From positions 236,173 to 300,172 of the forward strand of contig JBPOIB010000001.1 in NCBI GenBank assembly GCA_052034935.1: DNA of 64,000 nucleotides, given 5' to 3'. The notes beneath the pieces are model-generated. The model searched no databases. It had not been told where the DNA came from and was given only the letters and a program-made list of their open reading frames with translations. A program made the position numbers and the translations under genes. Source of the stretch: Candidatus Moraniibacteriota bacterium (GTDB taxonomy: Bacteria; Patescibacteriota; Minisyncoccia; Moranbacterales; UBA1568). Positions 19,252 to 28,657 of this stretch are shown here, one piece after another (the stretch's first letter is position 1; each line of letters begins with the position of its first letter).

Positions 19252-20427
19252 TTATGGCTTATGCCGGACGTGAATCGTCTGATACAGATGGAAGAGCTTT
19301 TCAGCACTTTTTTTCCATGAATACAGGCTTTCCTTCTCTTCACGCTCTCCGGCGCCGACCGCTTTTCCAATCCCATTTTCCGGGTCAGCAATAGAGAAAG
19401 TATACAAAGTTTCTGCCGTCTGAGCAAGACTATGAGGATCAAAATAGACTATCCGGTCCCGCCCAACTTCTCGGAACGCCGGGATATCCGAAGCGAGCAC
19501 TGGGACGCTCAAAGCGAGTGCTTCCTCGATGGGAATGCCGAATCCTTCGTAGAGAGAGGGGAAAATAAAGGCCCGAGAACCGGCGACAAGCGCCCGGAGC
19601 TCCGCATCACTCACATAGCCGGTGAATACGATGCTGCCCGGACGCGTACCAGCAGCAACGGTCTGATCGACATTATGTCCTGCCCTGTCGCCTGTCAAAA
19701 CAAGCCTAAAATTGAAGGATTCTTTCTCCAAAGCTAATCCGAAAGCCTCGATAAGAAAGGCGATATTCTTCCGGGGCTGCATGGTGCCTGACGAGAGGAA
19801 GTATTTTTTCTTCTCAAGACCAAATTTTTCCAGCACTGCGCGAATTTCGTTTTCAGAAATTTCCGCAAACCATTCTTCTGCCGCCGCGTTTTCGATAACC
19901 CGGACCTTCCCCTCCGCCTTCGGGTAGCGGGTGAGAATCTCACTTCGGGTGAATTCAGAAACCGCAACAATCGCATCTGAACGGGAAATCGTCCGCGGGA
20001 TGAGAAGTGAGAGAAAGAAAAGATCGCGCTTCGGAATCCATTCCGGATGAGCCACAAAAGAGACATCATGGATATGTGTGACGACCTTTAATTTCCGCGG
20101 GAGCCACAGCGGAAGAATATACTGGGTATGAAAAACATCGACCGGATTGTGGAGGAGTCGCCACGGCAGCACGAAGGCGTTCCAGCTAAAGCGGTTCTTC
20201 GCAGAGAGTGGGACGATCTCGACGTCTATTCGGCCGAGACACTCGAGCTTCACCTGGAGCGCAGCGAGTTTCTCATCGCGCCGTTCGTCGGTATAGAGCT
20301 CATAGCGCACGCCAACATCCTTCCGTCGGATGAGCTCCCGAACGAGTTGGAAGAAGACAACTTCATCTCCGGTCCGGTTCTTGCCGATGAGCCGAATATC
20401 GATACCGATAGCAAGTGGTTCTGTCAT
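19252..20427 (-). CDS. Glycosyltransferase family 4 (GT-B, GT1 superfamily)
   Basis: The C-terminal EGFGIPIEEALALSVPVLASD is an E-x7-E-type GT4 motif. Confidence 0.75.
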   Translation of the reverse strand: MTEPLAIGIDIRLIGKNRTGDEVVFFQLVRELIRRKDVGVRYELYTDERRDEKLAALQVKLECLGRIDVEIVPLSAKNRFSWNAFVLPWRLLHNPVDVFHTQYILPLWLPRKLKVVTHIHDVSFVAHPEWIPKRDLFFLSLLIPRTISRSDAIVAVSEFTRSEILTRYPKAEGKVRVIENAAAEEWFAEISENEIRAVLEKFGLEKKKYFLSSGTMQPRKNIAFLIEAFGLALEKESFNFRLVLTGDRAGHNVDQTVAAGTRPGSIVFTGYVSDAELRALVAGSRAFIFPSLYEGFGIPIEEALALSVPVLASDIPAFREVGRDRIVYFDPHSLAQTAETLYTFSIADPENGIGKAVGAGEREEKESLYSWKKSAEKLFHLYQTIHVRHKP

Positions 20428-20431
20428 ATAT

Positions 20432-22012
20432 CTAAGCTCTTTTCACGATTCGGGCTGGAAAAATAATGGGCAGAGCGGCGAAAAAGATCCAGACGAACCC
20501 GATAAGAAGTCCGGCATTAAAAAGATTGAAGGTAAGGAAGGTAATAAGCAACGCGCCAGCTAGAACGGCCGAATCCATCACTGGCCGCTTTTCCCGGTCG
20601 AGCACTCGTTTCCCTATTTCAAAAGCGACCCAACCGAAGAATCCGAGAAGTGAAAGAAGGCCGATGAGGCCCGCGCCGAGCCAGGTCTCGAGCCAGAGAT
20701 TGCTCGTATTGTAGGCCGCTCCGTTCTCATCTTCACCGAGTATCACCCCGATATTACCCCAGCCGATCCCGACGATCGGATGAGCTTTGATCTCAGTCCA
20801 GGTCTTTTCATAGATTGCGCTTCTGATCTCGACGTTCGGATCGAGACGTTTCGTCGTAGCAATACTGTAGCCCGCCCCCTCGAGTGTCGAACGTTCCTCA
20901 AGGTCAACATGGCGGCAGCCGAGCGGCGTGAGCTCCGAAAGCGTCGCGATCTGTTCCGGCAAGACAGTCGGCTGTTCGCAGGCGACCGTGATTTCCTGGA
21001 GGCCCGTTGCGGTACTCTCAGCTCGGTTCATGAGATCGAAGCGTGTGAGCGGTATTTCCACCACAATAATGAGCGCGATAATGAGTGCGATAACGGAAAG
21101 CTCAGCCGCCTGAAAAACCGAGCGCACTGTCGAGCGTCTGGCAGAGAGCAGCGTCACGCCGAACCAGACAGCAAGCCCGATACCGGCGCCAAGCCAAGCA
21201 CTCCGGCTGACCGAGATGACGAGGACAGCGCTCACCGGCACGAGGAGAAGCGTCTCAAAAAAGGCTGATGGAAAGAAGGTTTTTCCGCCGTCCTGAATTG
21301 CTTGAATTGAGTGGGCCAGTTTCGCGATTCCGAGAATAAGAAGCAGTGCAGCAAAGAACCCAAGCCAGTCGGGTTCCGCAAACGTGGCATTCGGCCGCCC
21401 AGGCATCACCGATGAGAGTGTTCCTCCGTATTCGAAAGAAATATTCTGGGCGATTCCATACAAGAGCACCGGGAAACCGGCCGCTACAAAAGTAGCGAGA
21501 CCAAGCCGCACATCGTTCAGCGTCTTGAAGAAGACACGAGCGAGAAAATAAAGCGCATAAAATGACGCTACGATAATCCCAAGCCGCATCCCCTCCCCGC
21601 CAGCAATCATCCCTGACAAGAGTGCACCGATCGGAAGCAGGCCGAGAAAAAGGTCGAGCGGATGGAGTGTAAGGAGCGGCCATGCCGACCGCTTGGTCCC
21701 GACCCGAATAGCGAGGGCAATGGCAAGAAGGAGAAAGAGCCACTGATACGGCCGCAGACTCGTGCCAAAGGCTTCCGGCAAGAGATTCAGCATTTCGAAA
21801 GGGAGGAGTGCGAGGAGAAGCAAAAAGCACCAGTTAGGCCGGTACAGGCAGGCAAGTCCCATGAGGATGCTCCAAAAAACCAGATTCACCGAATCAAACG
21901 GAAAAAGATTCTGAGCAAGCAGGCCGAGACCGGAAACCAAAACAGCGAGTGTCGGAAAGACGACATTCGGATTCTTCAACCAACGGTGGTATCGGGTAAA
22001 AAAGGATTCCAT
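20432..22012 (-). CDS. Polytopic membrane protein, O-antigen ligase/polymerase-like (Wzy_C-type)
   Basis: The protein has at least 10 predicted TM segments, a large loop and a short hydrophilic tail. I set the start at ATG 22012 because the track start is TTG. The family assignment rests on architecture and context only. Confidence 0.45.
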   Translation of the reverse strand: MESFFTRYHRWLKNPNVVFPTLAVLVSGLGLLAQNLFPFDSVNLVFWSILMGLACLYRPNWCFLLLLALLPFEMLNLLPEAFGTSLRPYQWLFLLLAIALAIRVGTKRSAWPLLTLHPLDLFLGLLPIGALLSGMIAGGEGMRLGIIVASFYALYFLARVFFKTLNDVRLGLATFVAAGFPVLLYGIAQNISFEYGGTLSSVMPGRPNATFAEPDWLGFFAALLLILGIAKLAHSIQAIQDGGKTFFPSAFFETLLLVPVSAVLVISVSRSAWLGAGIGLAVWFGVTLLSARRSTVRSVFQAAELSVIALIIALIIVVEIPLTRFDLMNRAESTATGLQEITVACEQPTVLPEQIATLSELTPLGCRHVDLEERSTLEGAGYSIATTKRLDPNVEIRSAIYEKTWTEIKAHPIVGIGWGNIGVILGEDENGAAYNTSNLWLETWLGAGLIGLLSLLGFFGWVAFEIGKRVLDREKRPVMDSAVLAGALLITFLTFNLFNAGLLIGFVWIFFAALPIIFPARIVKRA

Positions 22013-22038
22013 ATGCTCTGGTGACGCGACTATTAACG

Positions 22039-23184
22039 CTATGGTAGCAGAGCGCGGAAGACTGCAGAAGCAAACGCGTCCCAATGGTACTGCTTCGCTC
22101 GCTCGCGGCCGAGTGCACTCAGCCGGTCCCGTTCGGCCGGATCTGCTAGGAGTTTGCTGATCGCTTCGACTAAGTTCTCAACGCTATCGGTAACGACGAG
22201 ATGAGCCGCACCACCCGCGAGCTCGCTGAGCGAGCCGGCGGCAGTCGTGATAACCGGCGTCCCAGAAGCGAAGGCTTCGAGGACCGGCAGCCCGAAACCC
22301 TCATAGCGTGAAGGAAAAACGAAAATCAAAGCACTCTGATAGATTGCCGACAGATCAGCATCCGGAACGAAACCGATAAGCTGCACCGTTTCGCCGAGCC
22401 CGTATTCGTCGATGAGCGAGCGGACCGGCGTGGCCATCGGATTCGATTCATCGTGGACCGTACCGCTGATAACAAGCTTCGGTACACTCTCGGGTGCCGA
22501 ACCTCGGACGAGCTTACGATAGGCTTCGAGCAGCACCTGCGTATTTTTCCGTCGCTCAAGCCCTCCGCCGTGATAGATATATCCCGTTGCGAGTCCATAC
22601 CGTTCCAGCACCGCTCGTCTCTCTTCAATCGGAACCGAAACATCGAAGCGTTCATCAATTCCGAGATTCGCCACGGCGATCCGACGACCCGGCACTTCGA
22701 GGAGTGTTTCGAGATCTTTTTTCGTCGCTTCCGAAGGAGTAATGAGGAGCGGCGCTTTGCGGATCGCTTTCAGTATCGCCCGATAATGGAAGCGCTGACG
22801 AAAATTCCGGAGATACTCAGGGAAACGGTACGGGATCAGATCGTGGACGAGCATCGTATGCCGCACCGAGGGTGGGAGGATGGTGGCAGCCTGATAGGGA
22901 CTGAAAAAGACTTCGCAACTGTCCGTTTTGACCGCTTTCGGAAGTGAGAAACGCTCCCAGAAAAAACGATGCGGGATGTCGTCACGCTGCCAGAAAGTCG
23001 TCACGTGTCGAAATCGCCAATTCGTTGGCCAATTTCCTGCCGGTACTTCGCCTTCGTAGTACCAGATCCACTCATGCACCGACTGTTCCGGAAGCCTGGC
23101 GAGCGAACGCATGAACTGAAGCGTGACGACACCGATACCGGTCGCCGGCTTCTGAAAATAATTCGCATTGATACCGATTCTCAT
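22039..23184 (-). CDS. Glycosyltransferase family 4
   Basis: EGFGLPVLEAFASGTPVITT is the GT4 motif. The gene shares an ATGA overlap with the upstream HD gene. Confidence 0.75.
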   Translation of the reverse strand: MRIGINANYFQKPATGIGVVTLQFMRSLARLPEQSVHEWIWYYEGEVPAGNWPTNWRFRHVTTFWQRDDIPHRFFWERFSLPKAVKTDSCEVFFSPYQAATILPPSVRHTMLVHDLIPYRFPEYLRNFRQRFHYRAILKAIRKAPLLITPSEATKKDLETLLEVPGRRIAVANLGIDERFDVSVPIEERRAVLERYGLATGYIYHGGGLERRKNTQVLLEAYRKLVRGSAPESVPKLVISGTVHDESNPMATPVRSLIDEYGLGETVQLIGFVPDADLSAIYQSALIFVFPSRYEGFGLPVLEAFASGTPVITTAAGSLSELAGGAAHLVVTDSVENLVEAISKLLADPAERDRLSALGRERAKQYHWDAFASAVFRALLP

Positions 23185-23813
23185 AGGTTCCGTTCCGGCT
23201 TTGGACCAGATGAACGCGCCGTACGGGCGACTTCCTGCAAGTCTTTCAGGACTTTGTTCATTTCTTCAACAAGTGGATGTTTCAAACGCTCGCTGATCAC
23301 ACGGTCTGCCTCGGTATAGAACCAGTCGAGGTCCTCGGCACTCCGCCGAAATTTGTGCCAGACTTCGTCGCCGTAGACCTGGTATTCATCGATGAGTCCC
23401 CGCATGTTGTGAATCTTATCCGCCGCCGCAACCAAGAGTGCTTCGGGTGTGTCGTTCTTCAAATTGTCGAGGTACCGTTCCTTCCGTGTCCGCCATGAGC
23501 CGTTGTCCCCGCGGAGGAGGTGATTCAGCTTTTCCGCCTGCGTGTAGTCCTCAGTCACCTCTTTGACGATTTGGAAAACACGCTCGCCGAACTCATCTTT
23601 GAGCATCGCTTCGGTGTATTCCGGCGTATCCTCGAGCACATCATGAAGGAGTCCTGCGATGATCACATCCTCATCGTCGACGTAGTGCGCCAAGAGAAAA
23701 GCGACGGAGTACGGATGAACGATGTACGGCACCCCGCTCACTTTCCGTTTCTGGAAATGATGAAGCACCGTCGCACGGACGATCGCCTGTTCGATTCTTT
23801 GAGTGAGAAACAT
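23181..23813 (-). CDS. HD-domain phosphohydrolase, RelA/SpoT-type (p)ppGpp hydrolase-like (small alarmone hydrolase-like)
   Basis: YIVHPYSVAFLLAHYV...IIAGLLHDVLEDT matches the SpoT HD signature (H...HD...D). I set the start at ATG 23813. Confidence 0.65.
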   Translation of the reverse strand: MFLTQRIEQAIVRATVLHHFQKRKVSGVPYIVHPYSVAFLLAHYVDDEDVIIAGLLHDVLEDTPEYTEAMLKDEFGERVFQIVKEVTEDYTQAEKLNHLLRGDNGSWRTRKERYLDNLKNDTPEALLVAAADKIHNMRGLIDEYQVYGDEVWHKFRRSAEDLDWFYTEADRVISERLKHPLVEEMNKVLKDLQEVARTARSSGPKPERNL

Positions 23814-23868
23814 AGTATTCTCATTGTATTCTTTTCTCTGTTTCAAGCCAAACCGCCGCATTTTTACC

Positions 23869-23897
23869 TTGCCGGAGCGAGAGATATTCCGTACAAT
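23869..23897 (+). promoter_or_regulatory. Sigma70-like promoter TTGCCG-N17-TACAAT for the plus-strand glycan operon
   Basis: TTGCCG at 23869-23874 and TACAAT at 23892-23897. The ATG lies at 23940. The region is divergent to the HD operon. Confidence 0.45.
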
Positions 23898-23939
23898 ACG
23901 GCTAGTTTCCCGCAATCATTTTTATCCCCTGAATCCCTT

Positions 23940-25223
23940 ATGTCCAAGCCAAAAGTCGTCGCTGTCATCGGTCTCGGTTATGTCGGATTGCCCTTGGCAC
24001 TCCGGGCGAGCGAACGTGGATATATGACTATCGGTTTTGATACGAGCGAGAAAAAAATCGCACTTCTCAAGAAAGGCGTCTCCCCGATCGAGGATCCCTT
24101 TCTGAAAGAAAATGTCGGCCGCTACAAGATCGAAGCGACGAGTGATGCCAAAGCGCTCAAGAAAGCGGATATCTTTCTCATCTGCGTCCCGACACCGGTC
24201 GATGATTCCTACTATCCTGACTTGACGCCGGTCAAGAACGCGGCCGAGCTCGTCGCGACGCATGCCAAAAAGGGCGCGCTCGTCGTCCTTGAATCGACCG
24301 TGAACCCGGGCGTCTCCGAGGAAGTGGTGAAGCCGATTTTCGAAGCACGCAAGAAAATGGTCGGCCGGGATGTCTATCTCGCCCACTGTCCCGAGCGCAT
24401 CAATCCCGGCGATGCCAAGTGGAACGTGACGAATATCCCCCGCGTCGTCGGTTCCTTCGATGCGGAAGGTCTTGCCTTGGCGCTCGATTTCTACCAGTCG
24501 ATTGTCGATGCCGAAATCCGGCCGATGAAATCTATCCGCGAAGCCGAAGCAGTGAAGATCGTCGAGAACTCCTTCCGGGACATCAACATCGCCTTCGTCA
24601 ACGAGCTCGCCCGCTCTTTCGATGTGCTTGGTATCGATACCAAAGACGTGATTGACGGCGCGGCGACCAAACCGTTCGCCTTCATGGCGCATTATCCGTC
24701 CTGCGGTGTCGGCGGCCATTGCATCCCGGTCGACCCCTATTACCTCATCGAGCGGGCCAAACAGTCCGGCTTCGACCACCGTTTCCTGAAAATCGCCCGC
24801 GAGATCAACAACAGCATGCCCGAATACACGGTCGAGCTGATGCAGGACGCACTCAACGAGGAGAAACTCCCGCTCCATGGCACGACGGTCGGTGTGCTCG
24901 GTGTCGCCTACAAGGCGAACATCGATGACCTCCGTGAATCGCCCGCGCTGAAAATCATCGAGTCCTTAAAGCGCCACAAAGCGAAGGTCATCACCTATGA
25001 TCCGCATGTCCCGGCACACTCAACCGAGAAAACGCTCGCCGGCTTCTTGAAGAAGGCTGATGCCATCATCCTTGCTACCGACCATCGCGAGTTCAAAGAG
25101 AAGGTAACTCCTGCACTCCTCAAGGAAAACGGGGTCAAGGTCTTCATCGACGGCAAGAACGCGTTCGCCAAGGCCGATTTCGCCAAGGCCGGCGTCCATT
25201 ATCACGGCATCGGCCGCGCCTAA
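23940..25223 (+). CDS. Nucleotide-sugar dehydrogenase (UDP-N-acetyl-D-mannosamine/glucosamine 6-dehydrogenase, WecC/WbpA/TviB-like)
   Basis: KVVAVIGLGYVGLPLAL is the Rossmann motif. The catalytic Cys lies in the GGHCIPVDP variant typical of the WecC/WbpA branch. I set the start at ATG 23940. Confidence 0.8.
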   Translation: MSKPKVVAVIGLGYVGLPLALRASERGYMTIGFDTSEKKIALLKKGVSPIEDPFLKENVGRYKIEATSDAKALKKADIFLICVPTPVDDSYYPDLTPVKNAAELVATHAKKGALVVLESTVNPGVSEEVVKPIFEARKKMVGRDVYLAHCPERINPGDAKWNVTNIPRVVGSFDAEGLALALDFYQSIVDAEIRPMKSIREAEAVKIVENSFRDINIAFVNELARSFDVLGIDTKDVIDGAATKPFAFMAHYPSCGVGGHCIPVDPYYLIERAKQSGFDHRFLKIAREINNSMPEYTVELMQDALNEEKLPLHGTTVGVLGVAYKANIDDLRESPALKIIESLKRHKAKVITYDPHVPAHSTEKTLAGFLKKADAIILATDHREFKEKVTPALLKENGVKVFIDGKNAFAKADFAKAGVHYHGIGRA

Positions 25224-25229
25224 CCCGCT

Positions 25230-25496
25230 ATGATTTTCGGACTCATTCGAATCGTCATCTGGCTCGCCGGCGTCGCGGTCATCGCCTATTTCCTCCTCCC
25301 CTTTGTTGGGTATCGATTCAACTGGGACTATTTCCAGGACCGGAAAGTGCAGTGCGAAAAAATCATCCGCCAGTGCCAGAGCGATCTGGTGAAGACCGGC
25401 ATCGAAGGAGCGAGAGAGAACTGCCCCTGGAAATGTGTCGATCCGAAACTCCTCATAAAAAAAGACTCGTCCGAAGAGAATCAACCGGCTAATTAA
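25230..25496 (+). CDS. Small membrane protein (88 aa; one TM helix plus Cys-containing tail)
   Basis: The ORF exactly fills the gap in the operon. LIRIVIWLAGVAVIAYFLL is a TM segment, and a CxxxxxxxC...C motif follows. Confidence 0.5.
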   Translation: MIFGLIRIVIWLAGVAVIAYFLLPFVGYRFNWDYFQDRKVQCEKIIRQCQSDLVKTGIEGARENCPWKCVDPKLLIKKDSSEENQPAN

Positions 25497-25502
25497 AACA
25501 CT

Positions 25503-26456
25503 ATGCGACTCATCATCAATATCCCAGCCTATAACGAAGAGTCCGTCATCGGCAAGACGATTTCAGCAATGCCCCGCCACTTCGATGGCATCGATGAAGT
25601 GCTTGTTCAGGTCGTCGACGACGGCTCGTCCGACAGCACCGCCCGGGTCGCCAAGGAGGCCGGCGCGGATTTCGTCCTCCGGCACGGTATCAATCGCCGG
25701 CTCGGGGTGATGTTTGCGACCGCGACCGAGAACGCACTCAAAGAGGGTGCCGATATCATGGTGAACATCGACGCTGACGGACAATTCGATTCCGGCGAAA
25801 TCCAAAAGCTCATCGATCCGATTCTCCGCTTCGAGGCTGACATGGTTGTCGGCGACCGTTTCTCGGAGTCTTCCGCCAAGAACATCCCCTGGATCAAAGA
25901 CGCACTCAATCGTCTGGGCGCCTCGCTCGTCGGCTCCTTCCTCAATGTGAAGACGGTTGACCTTACTTGCGGCTTCCGTGCCCATAGCCGCGAGACCTTG
26001 CTCCGACTCAATAACCCGACTGGTTTTACTTATACCCAGGAGACCATCATCGATGCCATCGGTAAGAACCTTCGTGTCGTCTGGCTCCCGGTCCAGGTCA
26101 CCTATTTCGCCGATCGCAAGTCGAAAATCGTGAAGAGTGTCTGGAGCTTCGTGAATAACAGCGCCCGCATCATCCTCAAAGCCGTCCGCGATGTCCGTCC
26201 GATGAAATTCTTCGGCATCCCCGGACTTGTCCTCATCGCTCTCTCACTCATCGGCTTCATCGGCTTCTTCATCCAATATCTGTCGCATGACTTCAAGGTA
26301 ACACCGTACCTCAACTATCTCCTCTTCGCGAGCGTCACCTCGCTCGTCGGTATTCAGCTCCTCGTTTTCGCTTTCATCGCCGACATGATCAAATCGAGCC
26401 GCAAGCTGACCGAAGATCTCGCCTACTTCATCAAGAAGGAAAAGTATCAGAAGTAA
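25503..26456 (+). CDS. GT2 polyprenyl-phosphate sugar synthase (DPM1/GtrB/ArnC-like) with two C-terminal TM helices
   Basis: The N-terminal GT-A region is IINIPAYNEE...VVDDGSSDST...NIDADGQ. The C-terminal hydrophobic helices are LVLIALSLIGFIGFFIQY and LLFASVTSLVGIQLLVFAFIADMI. Confidence 0.75.
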   Translation: MRLIINIPAYNEESVIGKTISAMPRHFDGIDEVLVQVVDDGSSDSTARVAKEAGADFVLRHGINRRLGVMFATATENALKEGADIMVNIDADGQFDSGEIQKLIDPILRFEADMVVGDRFSESSAKNIPWIKDALNRLGASLVGSFLNVKTVDLTCGFRAHSRETLLRLNNPTGFTYTQETIIDAIGKNLRVVWLPVQVTYFADRKSKIVKSVWSFVNNSARIILKAVRDVRPMKFFGIPGLVLIALSLIGFIGFFIQYLSHDFKVTPYLNYLLFASVTSLVGIQLLVFAFIADMIKSSRKLTEDLAYFIKKEKYQK

Positions 26457-26478
26457 TAGTTAGAGTAGCCCACCCGCT

Positions 26479-27513
26479 ATGGAAGTACCATCATTCTATA
26501 AAAGACCAGAACTGAAAGTCGTTGGTGGTGCTTCATCCGAGAAAAAAGCCGCTGTTGCACATGAAATCCAGGATCACTTTTCGAACAACCGAGACAAAGT
26601 GAGGGCGGATGCATTGGAAAAACTCAAGATGATTGAGTACCCAAAAAAAGACTTCGAGAGGGCTGCGATTAAGGATATCAATGCTGTACTCAACGATATT
26701 TTGGTTGAAGTTGGTGCTGAGCCATTCGATATACCCGAAGAAAATATCTATATCCTGCCAGAATCAGCCTATCAAGAAATGGGCGGGAACAAGCGCGAAA
26801 GTGGACATGTAGGTCATGATAAACAATATATCGCTATCAATGGCGAGACGACCGATCATCCTTATAGTCGGATATCCGTCACGCTTCATGAGATGGTTCA
26901 CCTCAAAGGATTTGTTTCCGCGGAAGCGACTGGAGATAAGGATGCTCTTCGGAGAATTGGTCTTCAAACTCAGTCATCAATTAGTCAGGCCGCGGCGGCG
27001 AAAAGAAATTTCCGTCATTTTACAGGACTCAATGAAGCAGTAGTTGCCGAACTAGAAAAGCGACTTACTCCAACCATTATTGCTCGCAATCCATTTTTGA
27101 AAGCCGAACGAGAAAAGAATGGCAGTGCAGAGAATCAGGCGCTAAGAGAGAAAATTGCTACAGAAAACGAGTTGCCCATAGACGAAATTGTTTATGCCCG
27201 AGCCCTCGGACCTGAATCGAGAGAATACCTCACTTATTCCTACCGGAAACAGAGAGAGGTGCTTGATTATATTCTCGATTCCATTCAGCAGGCATCGCCA
27301 GAGACCTTTCCCTCACGCGATGAGGTATTTCTCCTCTTCCTCCAAGGTCATTTCAAGGGCGATCTCCTCCCGATGGCCAGGGCTATCAAGAATACCTTTG
27401 GTGTTGATGCGCTCCGAGTCATTGGCATGATGAACGCTAAAGATGGCGAGAGTTGCCAGCAAGTCTTGGAATATCTGAAGAGAAAAGGTGGTCATTTACG
27501 AAAACCGAGCTAA
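26479..27513 (+). CDS. Hypothetical protein with HExxH motif (possible zinc metallohydrolase), low-GC
   Basis: TLHEMVHLKG contains HEMVH. GC is about 41%. The gene is embedded in the GT operon and overlaps the next ORF frame. Confidence 0.5.
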   Translation: MEVPSFYKRPELKVVGGASSEKKAAVAHEIQDHFSNNRDKVRADALEKLKMIEYPKKDFERAAIKDINAVLNDILVEVGAEPFDIPEENIYILPESAYQEMGGNKRESGHVGHDKQYIAINGETTDHPYSRISVTLHEMVHLKGFVSAEATGDKDALRRIGLQTQSSISQAAAAKRNFRHFTGLNEAVVAELEKRLTPTIIARNPFLKAEREKNGSAENQALREKIATENELPIDEIVYARALGPESREYLTYSYRKQREVLDYILDSIQQASPETFPSRDEVFLLFLQGHFKGDLLPMARAIKNTFGVDALRVIGMMNAKDGESCQQVLEYLKRKGGHLRKPS

Positions 27514-27517
27514 GTCT

Positions 27518-28654
27518 ATGCGTATTCTCTTCGTCTCGCGCGCGTTCCCACCGACAATCGGTGGCATCGAGCAGCAGAATGCTGACCTCGCTCACTTCCT
27601 TGGTATTGAAGCCGAGCTCACACTTATCGCCAACACGAGGGGTAAGTCCTTTCTGCCCGTCTTTTTTCCGTATGCGCTCGTAAAAACACTTTTTCTGCTT
27701 TCTCGTCATGATGTCCTCCTTCTTGGCGACGGCGTACTCGCGCCGCTCGGTGCCATCGCAAAACTCTTCCATCCAAAAAGAGCCGTCGTCTCCGTCGTCC
27801 ACGGCCTCGATCTCACCTTCGCGAAGAAAACGAGCCTCCTTGCTCGGATCTATCGTTTCTTCCATCTGCCCGCGCTCCGCATGCTCGACGGCATCATCTG
27901 CGTGAGCAGACAGACCAAAGAGGTCGCCCACTCGCTCGGTATCGACGACACCCGAGCTTTCGTCATCCCGAATGGCATTCATCCCGAGGCCTTTGCAAAG
28001 AAAGCGGAATACACTCGCGAAGCGCTCGCCGCCCTCCTCCAGAAAGACCTCACTGGTAAACAAGTCGTCCTGCGTCTCGGTCGTTTCGTCGAACACAAAG
28101 GCGTTGAGTGGTTCATCCGAAACGTTGTGCCGAAACTCCCGGAACACGTACTCTTTGTCGCGGCCGGCGGTGTCGCCAAAAAAGGTATCCCTGGTGACCA
28201 GAGTTTCTTCCCACGCTGTGTCGCCGCGATCGAAGAACTCGGCCTGTCCGAGCGCGTCATGCTCCGCACCAATATCCCGAGTGATGAGGTCCAACTTCTC
28301 CTCCACACGGCTGACCTCGCCGTCGCGCCCAATGTCCCGGTCGCCGGTACGATGGAGGGTTTCGGCATCTCTGTGCTCGAAGCGAGTGTTTCCGGTCTCC
28401 CCATTGTCGTCTCGCGGCTTGAAGGACTTCAGGAGGCAGTCGTCGACGGAGAAAACGGCATCTTCGCCGAGCCCGGCGATGCCGATGATTTCGCACAAAA
28501 AATTACTGCCCTCCTCGCTGACGATACCCGCCGGAAAACATTTGGCGTTGCATCCGCCGAGTACACAGTCGAACATTTCGGCTGGACGAAACTCTCCCAG
28601 TCGTATCTCTCGCTTCTCGAAGACTTCCGGAAAAGCGCTCTTGATAGCCACTAA
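27518..28654 (+). CDS. Glycosyltransferase family 4
   Basis: EGFGISVLEASVSGLPIVVS is the GT4 motif. I set the start at ATG 27518 (MRILFVSRAFPP). Confidence 0.75.
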   Translation: MRILFVSRAFPPTIGGIEQQNADLAHFLGIEAELTLIANTRGKSFLPVFFPYALVKTLFLLSRHDVLLLGDGVLAPLGAIAKLFHPKRAVVSVVHGLDLTFAKKTSLLARIYRFFHLPALRMLDGIICVSRQTKEVAHSLGIDDTRAFVIPNGIHPEAFAKKAEYTREALAALLQKDLTGKQVVLRLGRFVEHKGVEWFIRNVVPKLPEHVLFVAAGGVAKKGIPGDQSFFPRCVAAIEELGLSERVMLRTNIPSDEVQLLLHTADLAVAPNVPVAGTMEGFGISVLEASVSGLPIVVSRLEGLQEAVVDGENGIFAEPGDADDFAQKITALLADDTRRKTFGVASAEYTVEHFGWTKLSQSYLSLLEDFRKSALDSH

Positions 28655-28657
28655 ACT

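Noticed and set aside
20432-22084. Upstream alternative start (TTG at 22084) for the Wzy-like gene, giving a 46-nt overlap with the GT4 gene
   Set aside because: The first in-frame ATG at 22012 gives a conventional spacing. The TTG start is possible but unsupported.
23922-24878. 318-aa minus-strand ORF
   Set aside because: It is antisense to the nucleotide-sugar dehydrogenase gene, which has a strong Rossmann motif and a catalytic Cys motif.
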